NCBI GenBank assembly: GCA_016840085.1
Contig: JAEOTA010000017.1
Span: 1 to 64,000, forward strand
DNA: 64,000 nucleotides
Direction of reading: 5' to 3'
Source of the DNA: Promethearchaeota archaeon
Lineage (GTDB): Archaea > Asgardarchaeota > Lokiarchaeia > Sigyniarchaeales > SOKP01
The translations under genes and the position numbers were made by a program. Numbering within the stretch: position 1 is the stretch's first letter; the number at the start of each line of letters is the position of its first letter. Positions 1 to 10,147 of the stretch are shown in pieces. Below the pieces are notes generated by a model that was not told where the DNA came from, searched no databases, and saw only the letters and a list, made by a program, of their open reading frames with translations.

Positions 1-355
1 AAGTGATTTAACTCCAGATGTTTTAAACGAATATGGAGATATATTATTTACATGCATGTATTAATATAATCACTTCTTTCTAATAAATTTAACGATATAT
101 AATCTAATAATCAGAATTTATAAAAATAATACTTTAAAATATCAAATAAGATTTAAAAATGAATAGAATAATTCACAGCTCATTAGGATTCAGACTTCAA
201 AATCCTTTGATACTGTTAAAATTTTTATTTTGATAATCATACGATTTTTTCAAATATACATATTATATTTAAGTTATTGATACTTAATATTAATAGGCAA
301 AATTGATATTAAGCTTGAAATTAATGTAATTATATCGAATTCTAGATAAAAACTA

Positions 356-1081
356 ATGGAGAAATTTATGAGCAAGAAATCAAGTAAAAAACAAACTCGA
401 AGTCGTTCCCCTGAAAAAAAAGCGGCTCAATTTGAACAAATCTTAGAATCAGGAAAAGCGTTATTTTTAGAAAAAGGAAGAGATGGTTTTAGTTTGCGAG
501 GGTTAGCTAAAATTCTTGGAATGAACCAAAATAATTTGTATAATTATGTTGAGAGTAAAAGAGAATTGTGGATTGCTATTCGAAATAAATTTTATAGTCA
601 ATATCGAAACGAAAATATCAAAATTATAAAAGAACATGAGGGAACTGTAAGTGATCTTTTAATGAAGATTTTTACTAATTTTTTAGAATTTGCTTATAAG
701 GATTATGGGGCTTTTAGCATGATGCACCTGACAGACCTTCCCCCTTCTGACAAGATAGGACTATTTGAAAAAGAATATAAGGAATTTAATTATTTAAGAG
801 GTACAGCAAAAGTAGTACAAGATGCAATTGAAGCAAAAGAAATTAATTATTCTAATCCAGGATTGATAACTTTCTTTATTTATAGCTTAATATTAGGTGC
901 TGCTATAGTAGAACGAAATATGAGGGTACTTGAGCAAAATCCCGATTTTGAAGGAGATTCCGCCAGTGAAATCTTATCTTTTAAAAGCGATTTCAATAGT
1001 TTAGAATTTCGTAATTTTGTTTTAGAAAAGCTAGAAATTATTTTAAAGGATTCAGGATTGAATCAGAAAAAAATAGATTAA
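356..1081 (+). CDS. TetR/AcrR family transcriptional regulator
   Basis: N-terminal HTH ILESGKALFLEKGRDGFSLRGLAKILGMNQNNLYNYVESKRELW; true start may be ATG at 368. Confidence 0.9.
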   Translation: MEKFMSKKSSKKQTRSRSPEKKAAQFEQILESGKALFLEKGRDGFSLRGLAKILGMNQNNLYNYVESKRELWIAIRNKFYSQYRNENIKIIKEHEGTVSDLLMKIFTNFLEFAYKDYGAFSMMHLTDLPPSDKIGLFEKEYKEFNYLRGTAKVVQDAIEAKEINYSNPGLITFFIYSLILGAAIVERNMRVLEQNPDFEGDSASEILSFKSDFNSLEFRNFVLEKLEIILKDSGLNQKKID

Positions 1082-1432
1082 AAAATTTTTCATAGAATCT
1101 AAAACTTTTTGTAATATTTTTTTAGGAACCTTTTTCTTTTTGTACCCTCTAATTGATCTTTTAGCACTCATAAACTTATGCATAGTTTCGTACGAGATTA
1201 GTTTACTTGGATCTTGAACCTCTTTAAAAGTTAAAAATTCTCCAAGATTATCATATATGATGACATCCGACTTACACATTGCGACACAGCGCCCACATGA
1301 ATCGCAAAGATGATTAGGGTCTGTAAATAAAATTTTATTTAGTTCTTTATCCCGTCTGAAAAATTTTGAACATGCATAATAGCAAATTTGACAATTATTT
1401 CATTTTTCATAGTCTATTCCAAGTACTGGTAT
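1052..1432 (-). pseudogene. Ferredoxin-nitroreductase fusion, disrupted
   Basis: Manual translation upstream of ORF 1052-1279 in the same frame gives IPVLGIDYEK*NNCQICYYAC...CDSCGRCVAMC, followed by the nitroreductase start KRSIRGYKKKKVPKKILQKVLD. Start codon is ATA (1430-1432), TGA at 1400-1402, and the nitroreductase domain is truncated where it runs into the TetR gene. Confidence 0.8.
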
Positions 1433-1558
1433 AAAAATCAGTTTAATATGATTATCAATATTTTTTAATTTTTTAAAATAATAACGAGTATTAAATTTTA
1501 ATCAATATAGATTAGAAGTTCAGAAAGAAGGAAGGAATTGTTCTAATAGAGGACTCAA

Positions 1559-2533
1559 TTATCTTTTTTTAATTTCAAAATCCACATCTTCGAATTTATT
1601 ATGGATGGTACGATATATTCTAAATTTACCGTCATCTATAGCTTCTTTTACGATCTCATTAATTTCAGTTTCATTAATGAAATTTTCTGAAATTAATTTT
1701 TCAATTTTTGAATATATTAATTCCTTAATTTTATATGAAAATCTGTTCTTCTTTTTCTCATTAATTAATTCTGAAAGTTCAAGATGTTCTTTATGATCCC
1801 ATATATTTTGTATTAAATCATCAATTCCCTCCCCTGAAATTGCATCAGTCATAGAAACCGGGGGTCTCCATCCGCTTTGAAAAGTGGAATCATCCAACAT
1901 CAAGTCTACTTGAGCTGCGACATCCTCTCCTCCTAAATCTTTTTTGTTTATGTCGTAGATATCTCCGATTTCAATTATTCCCGCTTTTTGCATTTGAATT
2001 GCATCCCCATATCCAGGAACTAAAACAACAATTACACTATAGGCAAGGTTATAGATATCAAATTCAGCTTGACCGACCCCTACAGTTTCAATAATTATTA
2101 AATCCATGCCAAAAGCTTCATACAATAAACTTATATCAAAAACGGCTCTCGAGATTCCCCCCTTATATCCTCTTGAAGCAAGGCTACGCACGAATACGTT
2201 AGGGTGCAATGAAATATTAGTCATCCGAACTCTATCTCCTAGAAATGCCCCTCCACTAAACGGCGATGTAGGATCGACACAAATAATACCAACTGATTTT
2301 CCGTCTTCTAATATTTTCTTGCAAATCTCACCTGTTAAAGTACTCTTTCCAACACCAGGAGATCCTGTAATTCCAACAATAAATGAATCATGTTTTATAT
2401 CTTCAAAATGCTTAAATATTTCATGTGCTCTTTCTGGCTCATTTTCAATAATAGTTATCAATTTTGCTAAGGCAATCTTGTCTTTTTGTTTAAATTTATT
2501 GATCAGAGTATCAATATCATATCTAACTTTCAA
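1559..2533 (-). CDS. meaB: MeaB/ArgK family GTPase chaperone of acyl-CoA mutase
   Basis: GITGSPGVGKST P-loop, VDPTSPFSGGAFLGDRVRM, ETVGVGQ; adjacent to mutase genes. Confidence 0.95.
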   Translation of the reverse strand: MKVRYDIDTLINKFKQKDKIALAKLITIIENEPERAHEIFKHFEDIKHDSFIVGITGSPGVGKSTLTGEICKKILEDGKSVGIICVDPTSPFSGGAFLGDRVRMTNISLHPNVFVRSLASRGYKGGISRAVFDISLLYEAFGMDLIIIETVGVGQAEFDIYNLAYSVIVVLVPGYGDAIQMQKAGIIEIGDIYDINKKDLGGEDVAAQVDLMLDDSTFQSGWRPPVSMTDAISGEGIDDLIQNIWDHKEHLELSELINEKKKNRFSYKIKELIYSKIEKLISENFINETEINEIVKEAIDDGKFRIYRTIHNKFEDVDFEIKKR

Positions 2534-2602
2534 TGAAATACATTCTCCATTGAGAAATAGCTGTTAAATTATAATTAATGAAAAAAATATTACATGTTAT
2601 TT

Positions 2603-3001
2603 TTATTTTTTTACATTGGTTTTAATAAATTCGACAATATCCGAGGTTACTGAACCTGGACCGTAGACGTTAGCAACACCCATTTCCTTTAATTTGGTAA
2701 AATCTTTAGCGGGAATTACTCCACCAACAAGTATTATGATATTATCAAGTACCCCACGTTCTTTCAATAAATCAATTACTTGCTGTGTATATGCAATATG
2801 AGCGCCAGAATGAATACTTAATCCTATAACATCTACATCTTCTTGTATTGCAGATTCAACTATTTGTTGGACATTTTGAAATCCTCCGAAAATAAGCTCC
2901 ATCCCTGCATCCCTAATAGCTCTTGAAACTACTATTCCACCGCGCCAATGACCATCGATGCCAGGTTTACTCATAATTACTCTTATCTTTTTTTCTGACA
3001 C
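2603..3001 (-). CDS. Cobalamin-binding small subunit of acyl-CoA mutase
   Basis: DGHWRG (DxHxxG), IGLSIHSGAH, VGGVIP; GTG start preceded by GGAGGTG RBS. Confidence 0.95.
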   Translation of the reverse strand: MSEKKIRVIMSKPGIDGHWRGGIVVSRAIRDAGMELIFGGFQNVQQIVESAIQEDVDVIGLSIHSGAHIAYTQQVIDLLKERGVLDNIIILVGGVIPAKDFTKLKEMGVANVYGPGSVTSDIVEFIKTNVKK

Positions 3002-3018
3002 ATTTTACACCTCCAAAA

Positions 3019-4692
3019 TTAAATTGCTAAAGGTGGATCCCACGTTCCCCAAATTTCCCTGTATATATCACATACTTCACCTACAGTTGCTCCTTCTTTT
3101 GTAGCTTCCATTATAATAGGCATTACATTTTCTTCTTTTTCACAGATATTTCGCATTTTATCTAAAATTCTCTCTAATTTTGCGTTATCTCTTCTTTTTT
3201 TTAATTTTTCTATCCGTCGAACTTCAATATCTATCGCTTCTTTATTTGTTCTAAATACATCAGTAACAGTATCATAAGAGACAGCATATTTATTAATACC
3301 AAGCATAATTTCATCACCACTTTCAATTCGCTTTCTCCGTTTTTGAAAAGCATCTCTCATTTCTTTATAGAGAAAACCTGAAGATAGTGCTTTGTCTATT
3401 GTTCCTACTTTTTGGATTTTATCAATATATTTCCATACTCTTTCTTCAAGTTCATCAGTTAACCATTCAATAAAATATGAACCTGCGAGAGGATCTATTG
3501 TATTATGGATTCTTGTCTCATCAGCTATCAATTGTTGAGTTCTTAAAGCTAATAATGCTGCTTCTTCTGAAGGTAAACAAATCGCTTCATCGTAAGAATT
3601 AGTGTGTAATGATTGACACCCTCCTAAATTCGCTTCTAATGCTTGAATTGCGGTTCGTACTATATTATTTTTAGGAGCTTGTGCTGTTAAAGAAGATCCT
3701 GCAGTCTGTACATGAAATCGAAAACCAAGATTTCTTGGATCTTGAGCTTCATACTTATTTTTCATTAGCTTATACCAAATTCTTCTTGCTGCTCTGAATT
3801 TTGCTATTTCTTCAAAGAAATCCTTATGAGCAGCGAGATGGAAAGCAAGCCTACCAACAAAGTCATCTATTTTCCAGCCTCTTTCTAATAGATTATCAAT
3901 ATGAGAACAAGCGCTTGCGAACACAAAACCTAGTTCTTGCACCGCATCAATACCACCTTCTCTATAATTGTACCCCGTAAAGTTAATTGGGTGCCATTTA
4001 GGTACATTTTTCATAGGAACAGTCCATTCAATGAAATCACATGCTAATCTAAGTAAGTGATTAGGAGGGCAGTTCTTATATGGAATATATCCTACCGTCA
4101 TAGTTAATATATCATTTTGAGTTGTTCCCATTAATTGACTAATATCATATCCCCGCATTTTAGCCATATTAAAATACATTGAACATACAGGTGCCGTTGT
4201 GAAAGGTTCCACGACCAACGCTACACTTATTTTATCAATAGGAATATCTTCTGTAAGGGCAAATAAACTATCAATACAATATAGGGGGACACCTGAAGTT
4301 CCGACTTCTGGCGCTCCATCAGGATTAGTAGGATCAATCCCATTAAAGGTTAATGCATCAACAGCTGCACTAAATCCTGTTTCTCCATTTTCATATAGGA
4401 ATTTCCAGCGTTTATTTGTCTCTTCAGGGGTTCCATGACCCGAAAATAACCTCATTGTCCATAATCGTCCACGATACATTGTGGGATAAACACCTCTAGT
4501 ATAGGGAGGTTGCCCAGGAAAGCCTATATTTTCAAAATAATCTCCCTTTACATCCAATGGAGTATAGATTTGCTTAATAGGAATTTCAGAATCAGTTACA
4601 AATTTGACTTCTCGTTCTTTCGCATTTTTTAACTTTTCTTTCCATTTTTCTTTTTCTTGTTGAATTTTATATAGATAATTTTTTTCAAACAT
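3019..4692 (-). CDS. Acyl-CoA mutase large (substrate-binding) subunit, MCM/ICM family, substrate unknown
   Basis: PGQPPYTRGVYPTMYRGRLWTMR, FFEEIAKFRAARRIW, FHVQTAGSSLTAQ, QSLHTNSYDEA, DPLAGSYFIE. Confidence 0.95.
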   Translation of the reverse strand: MFEKNYLYKIQQEKEKWKEKLKNAKEREVKFVTDSEIPIKQIYTPLDVKGDYFENIGFPGQPPYTRGVYPTMYRGRLWTMRLFSGHGTPEETNKRWKFLYENGETGFSAAVDALTFNGIDPTNPDGAPEVGTSGVPLYCIDSLFALTEDIPIDKISVALVVEPFTTAPVCSMYFNMAKMRGYDISQLMGTTQNDILTMTVGYIPYKNCPPNHLLRLACDFIEWTVPMKNVPKWHPINFTGYNYREGGIDAVQELGFVFASACSHIDNLLERGWKIDDFVGRLAFHLAAHKDFFEEIAKFRAARRIWYKLMKNKYEAQDPRNLGFRFHVQTAGSSLTAQAPKNNIVRTAIQALEANLGGCQSLHTNSYDEAICLPSEEAALLALRTQQLIADETRIHNTIDPLAGSYFIEWLTDELEERVWKYIDKIQKVGTIDKALSSGFLYKEMRDAFQKRRKRIESGDEIMLGINKYAVSYDTVTDVFRTNKEAIDIEVRRIEKLKKRRDNAKLERILDKMRNICEKEENVMPIIMEATKEGATVGEVCDIYREIWGTWDPPLAI

Positions 4693-4913
4693 AGTTTAAA
4701 TCTCGATTTATTTAACTATTTAAAGTTATATTTTCATTTAATTTAAAATAAATTTTTGAACCTAAAAAATTTTGATAATTAAAAGATTTAGGACTGAAAG
4801 TTAATAATTAAAATTTATTAGCTATAGAGAGTTAAGTATTGAGATTATAGAAATTTAAAATTTCTTATAGCCCCTTAGGTAAAATTTAATAAGACAGTAT
4901 TTAAAACAAGAAT

Positions 4914-5234
4914 ATGGATAATAAAGTTAATGAATATATAGAAAAACAGAAATCTCCTCAAAAAGAGATTTGTCAGAAATTAAGGGAAATTATATTAAGT
5001 ACATTCCCAGATATTACAGAGGAAATTAAATATGGAGTTCCTTATTATGGAAATAAATATTACATCGTTGCTTTAAAAACACATGTCAATCTGGGTTTCT
5101 CGATTAAAGGTTTAACAAAAGAAGAGATAGCAGTTTTTGAAGGGAGTGGCAAAACAACGAAGCATATTAAAGTCAATACTCTTGAAGAGGTAGATGAAAA
5201 AAAGATAATAAAGCTATTAAAAATGATAAAATAA
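4914..5234 (+). CDS. DUF1801 (YdhG-like) protein
   Basis: YIEKQ...LREIIL...EEIKYGVPYY...HVNLGF...EGSGKTTKHIK pattern. Confidence 0.8.
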   Translation: MDNKVNEYIEKQKSPQKEICQKLREIILSTFPDITEEIKYGVPYYGNKYYIVALKTHVNLGFSIKGLTKEEIAVFEGSGKTTKHIKVNTLEEVDEKKIIKLLKMIK

Positions 5235-5420
5235 TGAATTGGATGAATGCGTTTTATATTATTTTCTGAGATTAAAAATCCAAATATTTATATTAATGTA
5301 ATTTAATACTCCTGTAGCGAAATGAATTGCGCACAGCCTAGTGATTTATCTTACAACTGGCTACTATATTCTAGCAAAGCACAGTTAGTACTTAACTCTA
5401 ACAAAATTTAATATTTTGAG

Positions 5421-5681
5421 TTAGTATTCCCATAATTCAAGAAAATCAAATTCTGAAAATTTAACAATTCGAGGAAAATATTTTTTATCTTTTGTTATTA
5501 AAAGCACTTTATTTGCTATTGCTATAGAAGCATTGAGTAAATCAATTTGAGGTACTTGCATCCCACTTCTGTCTAATTCCGCACAAATCTCGCCATAAAT
5601 TCTACTGGAATTGGAATCTAATGTTTTTATTTCAGGAAAATTGATGATAAAATTATTTAATTTTTTTGCCTCAGTAATTTG
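5421..5681 (-). pseudogene. C-terminal half of a VapC/PIN toxin
   Basis: Not in ORF track. Minus frame reads QITEAKKLNNFIINFPEIKTLDSNSSRIYGEICAELDRSGMQVPQIDLLNASIAIANKVLLITKDKKYFPRIVKFSEFDFLELWEY*; in-frame TAA immediately upstream and no N-terminal DT motif. Confidence 0.8.
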
Positions 5682-5722
5682 TTAAAATTCTTTATTTTAA
5701 GAATATAGAGTTAAATATCAAA

Positions 5723-7231
5723 TTATTTATCTAGAACAAAACACTGCTTTACTAATTTACCCCTCTCGGATAAATTCATAACTACAACCTTAGGGCGACT
5801 CATAGCTTCAATAGAATATTTTATTCCTTGAGTGCCTAAACCCGAAGATTTAGTCCCTAAGAATGGAAAATGATCAGGTCCACGAGCACTTTTCCCATTA
5901 ATTTGGACGGTTCCAACCTCTAATTCTTGAGCAATATTAAATGCAAGATCTATATTATCTGTAAAAATCATACCCTGAAGACCATATTCAGATTTGTTTG
6001 AAATTTCAATAGCTTTTTCTGCACTATTTATTCGAATGAATGGAAGAACAGGTCCAAAAGGCTCTTCCCACGCGATTCTCATGTCAGTAGTAACATTATC
6101 TAAAATTGTTGGCCAGAAAATATTGCCTTCACGCTTATTTCCACATATCAACGTTGCGCCCTTTTTAAGAGCGTCATCTATTAAGCCTTGAACATATTCA
6201 CATTGTTCTGAACTAATAAGTGGTCCAATATTTTTATTTTCTGATGGATCTCCAATTGATAATTTAAGAGTTTCTTCAGTCACTTTTCTAAGTAATTTAT
6301 CGACTATACCTGGCATTGGCAATACTCTTTTAACGGCAGTGCAACGTTGACCACTATATGAGAATGCTCCCGAAACTATTGCCTTCACAGTATTATCTAA
6401 ATCTGCATCATCTAAGATAATTGCCGCATCTTTACCTCCCAGTTCTAACAATAAAGGTTTCATACCTGCAACTTTAGCAAGGTGTTTACCTATTTTTGAA
6501 GATCCTGTGAATGCAATCATATCAATCCCTGGATGATTTGTTAAATAATCCCCAATTTCAGATCCTCTTCCAGTGATGATATTAAAAACTCCAGGTGGCA
6601 CTCCTACTTTTTCTAAAATAATTCCAAAATGGAGCGCAGTTAATGGTCCTTGAGTTGGAGGTTTCATAACTACAGTATTACCTGCTAATAGTGCTGGAGC
6701 AATTTTAGAACCAGTTAAATTAAACGGATAATTAAATGGTCCTATACATAAAATTACTCCTAATGGTACTCTATACGTCATTGATACTTTTTCTTTAGAA
6801 AAACCCTCAAATGCATCTCCTAAAATTGTTTCACCCGATAACTGTAAACTGGAATCTGCTGTTGCTTTAAATATTTCTGCTGTTCTTGTAATTTCAGAAA
6901 TTGCACTATTTATTGGTTTCCCTATTTCCTTCATTAGTAAATATCCTAATGGTTTCGACCATTCAACGATTAAATCTGCTGCTTTATTTAAAACTTCAGC
7001 ACGTTCATTCAGAGGAGTTTCTCTCCAACAATCAATATTTTCACGAGCTATTTTAATTATATTATCTACTTCCTCCTTCGTGCAAGGTTGCACATTTCCA
7101 ACCAATTCATTATTATAAGGATTATGAACTGATATTAATTTTCCCGAATTTGATTCTTCCCATTTACCATTTATATAATACTTGTAATTTATACCATCTT
7201 TCATTATCGAAGATTCTGGAATATCTATCAT
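5723..7231 (-). CDS. gapN: Non-phosphorylating NADP-dependent glyceraldehyde-3-phosphate dehydrogenase (ALDH family)
   Basis: PFNYPFNL, FTGSS, LELGGKDA, FSYSGQRCTAVKR, WEEPFGPVLP and the GAPN-type tail RGPDHFPFLGTKSSGLGTQGIKYSIEAM. Confidence 0.9.
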   Translation of the reverse strand: MIDIPESSIMKDGINYKYYINGKWEESNSGKLISVHNPYNNELVGNVQPCTKEEVDNIIKIARENIDCWRETPLNERAEVLNKAADLIVEWSKPLGYLLMKEIGKPINSAISEITRTAEIFKATADSSLQLSGETILGDAFEGFSKEKVSMTYRVPLGVILCIGPFNYPFNLTGSKIAPALLAGNTVVMKPPTQGPLTALHFGIILEKVGVPPGVFNIITGRGSEIGDYLTNHPGIDMIAFTGSSKIGKHLAKVAGMKPLLLELGGKDAAIILDDADLDNTVKAIVSGAFSYSGQRCTAVKRVLPMPGIVDKLLRKVTEETLKLSIGDPSENKNIGPLISSEQCEYVQGLIDDALKKGATLICGNKREGNIFWPTILDNVTTDMRIAWEEPFGPVLPFIRINSAEKAIEISNKSEYGLQGMIFTDNIDLAFNIAQELEVGTVQINGKSARGPDHFPFLGTKSSGLGTQGIKYSIEAMSRPKVVVMNLSERGKLVKQCFVLDK

Positions 7232-7413
7232 AATAATTCATTTCATTACTTAATTCAATTATAAGCTATGCTTCTAAACCTATTCAATTATTTTAGCATT
7301 TGTATTATAAATTATAGAAAAAAAAGGGTGTTAATTCTAAATATTAAAAATTTTCATCGCTATGGAGTCTATCATTTTTATCTTTATAAAAAGATATAAA
7401 TTAGAAAAATAGT

Positions 7414-9171
7414 TTAGAATAAATGCGAAAAAGCACCAATCCCGATTACATTCGAAATCACAGCTGAGAAAAATAATTGGATTATAGTAAATGAACTCAC
7501 TAGCACTGCACTAAAACGTTTTGTATGTTCATAAATGATAGTATTAGCAACTGTAACTATTAAAAAAATAATAAAAGTAAAGAGAACAGAAGGTAAATAT
7601 GAGTAACTCCTAGCTAAAACCATTAAAATTGTATAAATTATAAAAGCTGAAATGACAATTAATTTAGCTTTAGTTTTTTCAGATTTTATAAAATTTAAGA
7701 GAGGGTAGAAAATTCTTCTAAATAGAATTTCTATTGAAAAATATATAGGAAAAATTGCTAAAGTTAGTACAATATTAACTATATTAGAAGGCCAAAAAAA
7801 AGCAAATGGATAAGAGAATGAAAAAAGCAAATAGACTAAAAGAAAATACCACGCACATATTGATGCATAAACAAGTACACTAATATTAAATTCTTCTTTC
7901 AATACGTTCTTTAATTCTTTTCTACCAAACTTAATTTTTTGGCGGTTAAAACGTATTATATATGCTATAAATTTGATTAGTATGAAGAAGCCACTAAAAA
8001 CCAAGGACGCATAAAATATTCCTATTAAACCAAAAATAGATGTAAATAATAGCCAATTTAATATAAAAATTGTTGAAGAGAATAAAATTGCAATAATTTT
8101 GCCAATTTTTTTCATTTTAAAAAGAGAGTTTTTTTGATTCTTAGGACTCTTATTATTAGATCTAGCAGGTAATCGAAAAAATTTTGCAGAATATGATACT
8201 AGAAGAAAAATTATTGTAATGAGTAAAACTAGATTTAAAAAAATTAGGACATAATTCCAAAAATAAGTAATATGTATTGGCCCATTAATCGTGATAGAAT
8301 TAAAAAAATTTAATTCAAACCATTTTATTGAATTACTAAGAACTTTATTTGAAAATAATTGGTGCCCTCCTCCGAGTAATGGAGTTGTTATATTAAGAAC
8401 TGTGCAGTTAGTCAATTCTTTTGCTTTTAATGCATTGTCCTGATAATCTAAAACCTCATCCTTTACGTGCATTATTATTAATAAGTTCTCACTATTAGTA
8501 TTATTTAATAAATTAACAGGGATATATTGTTCATATCCTTGCCATTCAAGACCAAACCGAGGTGGGTTGAAATTAACAAGGGGTGCCCAAGCAACGGTAA
8601 CCTTAAATTCAGGATTCAAAGCTTGATTCATAAGAACAACCATACCTCCAAGTGAATGACCGATAAGTCCAATTTGAGATTCATTCACGTCTGAGAAAAA
8701 TGATAAGGTTTTTAGTTTTTCTAATAATCTGGTACAATCTTGAGCAAGAGCAGGTGTATTAGTCGATTTAACGATATTATTAATGGTACCGCTACTTTCA
8801 CCATGTCCTTGATAATCTAAAGCTGCTACATAAAAGCCACGTTTAGTAAATTCTATAGGTATTCTAAGATCGAAATCTCTCTTACTTCCAATTCCATGAC
8901 AGTAAATAATTAGTGGTCCTTTTTCTTGAAAGGGTAAAGCTTTAGTAGGATAATATAGGTTTGCATAAAGTCTTGCTCCTGCTGATTTAAATTCAATTCT
9001 CTCATACTTTTTATAACTGAGAGATTTATTAATTTCTAAAGCTATAAGTGTAAAAGTTAAGAGTATAATTAGTAAAACAATTTTCTCGAGATAGAGAAGA
9101 TCTTTAGTATCAACTTTTTCTTTTAAAAATCCCCTAAGTTTTTGCTTTAGCTTCTTTTTAATAGAATTCAT
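7414..9171 (-). CDS. Alpha/beta hydrolase with N-terminal TM and multi-pass C-terminal membrane domain
   Basis: HGIG, DYQGHGES, GHSLGG nucleophile elbow, GGHQ; hydrophobic helices in C-terminal half. Confidence 0.85.
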   Translation of the reverse strand: MNSIKKKLKQKLRGFLKEKVDTKDLLYLEKIVLLIILLTFTLIALEINKSLSYKKYERIEFKSAGARLYANLYYPTKALPFQEKGPLIIYCHGIGSKRDFDLRIPIEFTKRGFYVAALDYQGHGESSGTINNIVKSTNTPALAQDCTRLLEKLKTLSFFSDVNESQIGLIGHSLGGMVVLMNQALNPEFKVTVAWAPLVNFNPPRFGLEWQGYEQYIPVNLLNNTNSENLLIIMHVKDEVLDYQDNALKAKELTNCTVLNITTPLLGGGHQLFSNKVLSNSIKWFELNFFNSITINGPIHITYFWNYVLIFLNLVLLITIIFLLVSYSAKFFRLPARSNNKSPKNQKNSLFKMKKIGKIIAILFSSTIFILNWLLFTSIFGLIGIFYASLVFSGFFILIKFIAYIIRFNRQKIKFGRKELKNVLKEEFNISVLVYASICAWYFLLVYLLFSFSYPFAFFWPSNIVNIVLTLAIFPIYFSIEILFRRIFYPLLNFIKSEKTKAKLIVISAFIIYTILMVLARSYSYLPSVLFTFIIFLIVTVANTIIYEHTKRFSAVLVSSFTIIQLFFSAVISNVIGIGAFSHLF

Positions 9172-9257
9172 TAGTTTTCTTAGTTTTATAGCTTTTATAT
9201 CAAAATTAAATAAGTTAAAAAGAATTATTCTTTGTTTTAAAATAATTTTTTTATTTA

Positions 9258-10064
9258 TTATCTCGATATGTAGTATCTAAATTTATCATCATCAATCTGC
9301 CATGCCTCAAAAAAATCAAATGGTTTTTTTGTATCCCATAGATCCTCTATGTTTTTAATACCATTGTAAAGATCTGTTAAAAGAGTCTTATCACAGGGAT
9401 ATTTTCTATGTGACGGATAAAGTTCAAGATTTTTTTGCCTTTCACATAATTCTATTAAATTTAAGAGGGTTTTAAGAACTTCAGGAAAGTCCTCTTTTCT
9501 AGGTAAGAATTGATCTCCATAATAAGCAACATCGCTTGTAAAAAGTTCACCTCTGCTTGTTAACAAGCATATAGACCCAGGAGAATGTCCTGGACAATGT
9601 ATAACTTTTACTTCTATTTCACCTAAATCAAAAACATCTCCATCTTTTAATGATTTAATTGTTTTTGCTGGAGGAATTAAATAATTTTGTTTTGCATATA
9701 TTTTTACAATTTCATTGGGAGAATCTTTAAAATATGAAACATCATAAGGTTTTGAAATAAGATCCACTTCATTTTCATGAATATACACCACTCCAAATTC
9801 TACATTACCTAAAGGATGATCCCAATGATAATGAGTATTGAACACTAATAGTTTTCTCTCACCTATCAAATCATCTACAATTCGTTTTAGAGGTGCTAGC
9901 CCACATCCTGTGTCAAGCAAAAGAGCAGTATGAGATCCTAAAAGTAAATACATATTAAGAGGATCATTTGTATAAACTGGATGAACGAGTGAAATATTTT
10001 CTTTTATTACATATAAATAATCCTTTTGTTTTGAAATTTCAAAATGCTGATTTTCATCACTCAT
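9258..10064 (-). CDS. MBL-fold metallo-hydrolase
   Basis: LLDTG, THYHWDH, PGHSPGS, SD, PSH metal motifs. Confidence 0.9.
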   Translation of the reverse strand: MSDENQHFEISKQKDYLYVIKENISLVHPVYTNDPLNMYLLLGSHTALLLDTGCGLAPLKRIVDDLIGERKLLVFNTHYHWDHPLGNVEFGVVYIHENEVDLISKPYDVSYFKDSPNEIVKIYAKQNYLIPPAKTIKSLKDGDVFDLGEIEVKVIHCPGHSPGSICLLTSRGELFTSDVAYYGDQFLPRKEDFPEVLKTLLNLIELCERQKNLELYPSHRKYPCDKTLLTDLYNGIKNIEDLWDTKKPFDFFEAWQIDDDKFRYYISR

Positions 10065-10147
10065 ACTACTAATAATGTATGAAATAGATTTAAATTCACA
10101 CCTTTAATGAACGTATGTTTTTTAAAGATAAAAAATAATTTCTAAAT

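Noticed and set aside
2-63. Possible C-terminal end of an upstream gene (SDLTPDVLNEYGDILFTCMY*)
   Set aside because: Only 20 codons visible; cannot be supported or assigned
230-1458. TTGATAATCATA at 230-241 (+) and 1447-1458 (-) as a TetR operator
   Set aside because: 12-mer of mostly A/T; half-site spacing inconsistent with other nearby candidates
5311-5400. Slightly GC-richer intergenic stretch as ncRNA, SECIS or C/D box RNA
   Set aside because: Only a 5-bp stem; no C/D boxes or kink-turn geometry
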